Assembly: GCA_023213395.1 (NCBI GenBank)
Contig: CM041465.1
Coordinates: 218,495,741 to 218,559,740 of the forward strand
Direction: 5' to 3'
Origin: Cycas panzhihuaensis
Taxonomy: Eukaryota; Plantae; Cycadophyta
DNA length: 64,000 nt
In this document: one piece after another, positions 61,147 to 64,000 of the stretch
How the letters are laid out: every line of letters starts with the position of its first letter
How positions within the stretch are numbered: the first letter of the stretch is position 1
Made by a program: the position numbers and the translations under genes
The notes under the pieces: model-generated
Database searches by the model: none
Told to the model about the DNA's origin: nothing
The model's input: only the letters and a program-made list of their open reading frames with translations

Positions 61147-64000
61147 TAGGGAATGCCCTAGCAATATAGTTATTTTCATGGTCATGTGGGCTACGTTTAA
61201 TATAAAGAATGAATTAAAATAAATTATATACCTTAAGAAGTTAAAGCATATCTTCCCAAATTTTCTTTTATGCAATAGCAGATTTATAGATCAAAGAGCA
61301 TCAATAATGTTAAGTAAACTACATATAAAAAATAATCACAAATATAAGCACCAAATGGGCACCTAATCATATGACAATATGTTCTTTTAAAATTACTTTA
61401 ACATAATGAACCATGTATATTTTTAGGGCCTTAAATAGGAAAAGATGGCTACTTTATATAGAATCTTATTAGTGTGAGAAATAACCTACAATCATATTAG
61501 TGGCACCAAATGGCCTACACACAAAAGTTAATCTCCAACACTAGCAATCAATTTACTCAATCACATGTACTAGTGGTCAAGCTCTATGGTTAATAAGTAG
61601 TTATATAATAGGTCCCCTCCCCTAAGATGTTGAGCCCATGAAGTAAAGGAGATGTAAACACTAATTTACATCTTACCTAACTATAACTAACCCACTATAC
61701 CAAATACTTAGACATGATCTAGTTATGAAGACATCATTACCTCATAGCCAAGATGTGATCTAGAGAGACCATAAGGACTTGTTCTTCATCTAGAATAGGA
61801 TAGGTAATTTGGGGAATACTTTTTCAAATAGGATATATAAAAAGTATTCTAGATTTTGGTGTCAAGTAGGAGTTGGAGGGCATAAGTAACTTGTCCAATC
61901 CTTTGAAGAACTTTGTATCGATTGTAGTAGTGAGGGATAAGCTTATGATTTTTATTATTGTAGAGGGACTGTTACTTATATAATTGAAGCTAAAGAAATA
62001 CCATGCCACCTACTATAAATTATCAATCAAAATAATGATGGTCAACTAGTTGTTTTATTCAATTTTGCATTGAAGCTAGGTTTTGATTAAGGGTATGTAA
62101 AATTTTATCCATGTCTTCTAATTTTTATTGAACTACCATTATGCGAAGGTTTATTACAAGGGTATGATGAGAAGGTGGGTGGTAACTATATAAAGTCAAA
62201 AATAGGGATATACCAATGGTAGAGTGGTGAGAAGAGTTATACCAATACTCAACAAGCACAAGCTCAAAGGACTATTTATTCTGGTATTATGAGGTAAAGT
62301 AATGTAGGTATGTTTCTAGAGTTTTTTTAAGAACCTTAGATTACCCATCAATTTACGGATGATAAGATAAGCTCATGTTGAATAAGGAGCCTAATGCATA
62401 AAAAAGATCTTACTAGACTGAGTTAGTAAATTTTAGGTCTCAGTCATATATAATTATCAAGGGAAACCTATGGAGGTAGAAGAAATGTTGAATGTATATG
62501 TTGTTGAGATAAATAACCTTATAATAGGTATATACTAGGCAAAAAATAGGCATAATTGGTTAGCCTATCTATGATAACCCAAATTGAGTCAAACCCAACA
62601 GATAATGAAAGACTCGTGTTAAAGTCCATTATAATGTCTTGTCATTTGACTTGAGGAATATGAAGGGTTAGAGAAAACTAGGTTGGGCTTTTGTGTCAAT
62701 TTGATTCCTCTAGCATATGTCACATTTAATTATAAATGTAAGGATTATCAACTTCATAAATTGATAAGTTTTATCAAAGCTTAAGTGACTACTAATAAGG
62801 TAGGAATGATATTTAGATGGGATTCAAGAAATAAAAGGGGAAGTGGGGTGAATAAAAATATGATTTTTGTATAATAGGAGGTCATTATGAAGAGACCAAT
62901 CCTTTTGTATGAGATGTTTTGATAACCATTATCGATAATCTAGTTAGGCTTAGTTAGCAAGTGCCAAGTTTATAAGTCATATAGGTTCAGGTTTAGTGAT
63001 CACTTAAATCCTGGGTTTGGGGGTGCTTTAGGGGGCAGGGGGAGGCAACAGAGGGCATCAACAACAAAAATATCTTTAACCTTTGTATATGTTATAGTAA
63101 AATTAAATACCTAGAGGTGATCTAGCCACTTAACTTGCTCCTCTAATAATGTTTCTTAATCAAGGAGGGTTCAAAGGCTATGGTGCCTTGTAAGAATTAT
63201 GAATATTGAGCCAAGGAGATACTAGTGTTGCTTACCAACTGCATGTAAGATAGCCTTCATCTCCTTTTAATAGGTAGATAACCTATACTTATGGTCCTTA
63301 AGCTTATAACTCTTAAATAAAATTAGATGAAATTTTTGTATAAGGATAATACTTAATCTAAATTCTAAGGGATCGTATTCTAACTAGAATAGTTATGAAA
63401 AATATAGGGTTACTAGGACTATGGTCAAGGTCATACCAACCTTAAGATGGTTTATGAATTATCTACTACTAAGGACCATTGAAAGGAGTCCTTAAAAAGT
63501 TAATTAGTTAGTAGGATAATAATAGAGGCATACTAATGGATAAATCATCTATAGAATCCCATAAGGTTAAAAAAGGCATGAAGGGGTGTTAAATTCTTAG
63601 GCATTGGCCATGATGTAATAGTGGAGATTTTGTTAAGGTCAACTTGAACACCCTCCATGGAGATGATGTACTCCAAGTATTGTAGTTTGATATTTCTATA
63701 CTTGTACTTTAATAATTTGGCATAAATGTTTTGTTCTACAAGGATTTAGATGATTTTTTCAAATGCTCAAGATGATGGAGCATTCCAAAGCTATAAATAG
63801 GTATATCATCAAAGAATATAATGATGAATTTACATAGGTAGGGAGAAAATATCCTATTCATGAGAGGTTGAAATATGGCTAGGATATTACAATGGACAGA
63901 GGACGAGATTTAGAACTTGAAGTGCTCATGATGTATGCAAAATGCCATTTTGTTGTGATCTTCTAGGGTGACAGGTATCTAGTAGTAATTGGATTAAACA
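61147..64000 (-). mobile_element. Chromovirus Gypsy (Gypsy H): 3' LTR (~61147-61610), chromodomain, IN, RH and part of RT; runs off the window
   Basis: PPT (rc) GGTCCCCTCCCCT at 61611-61623 and the following AAGAT.TTGAG.CC...AAGTAAAGGAGATGTAAA nearly identical to Gypsy C; KYLV chromodomain (~61700); FIIIFFDDIPIYS RT motif (~63790-63830); LQYLEYIIS; LTR left edge approximate. Confidence 0.88.

Noticed and set aside
1-64000. CRISPR array, tRNA/rRNA genes, host protein-coding gene, DNA transposon
   Set aside because: No regularly spaced identical repeats, no tRNA or rRNA signatures beyond PBS motifs, no transposase motifs or TIRs; every recognisable coding relic is retroelement-derived.

Overview
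AT-rich plant heterochromatin, probably gymnosperm-type, made almost entirely of nested, decayed retrotransposons. I found no host gene, RNA gene, CRISPR array or prokaryotic system. Read by LTR pairs, primer-binding sites (PBS), polypurine tracts (PPT) and target-site duplications (TSD), the window contains: (1) a gag-only non-autonomous Copia-derived LTR element (2848-6412, TSD TTTCC); (2) a minus-strand Gypsy remnant split by a full-length Copia (8694-16060, TSD TTTAT); (3) a minus-strand chromovirus Gypsy stretched to about 37.9 kb (18190-56057, TSD ACTAT) by three insertions: a 3'-deleted Copia, an antisense related Gypsy (29677-42499, TSD AAGGG) that itself carries a Copia (31383-37693, TSD ATATC), and a Copia that carries a young, full-length, GC-rich L1 LINE (47175-53090, TSD ATGTTTTATCTT); (4) a Tat/Athila-like gag remnant; (5) another chromovirus running off the window end. 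All LTR elements show heavy C>T/G>A decay, including at CpA sites, while the LINE is damaged almost only by 1-nt indels. All alignments were done by eye, and boundaries without a TSD are approximate.
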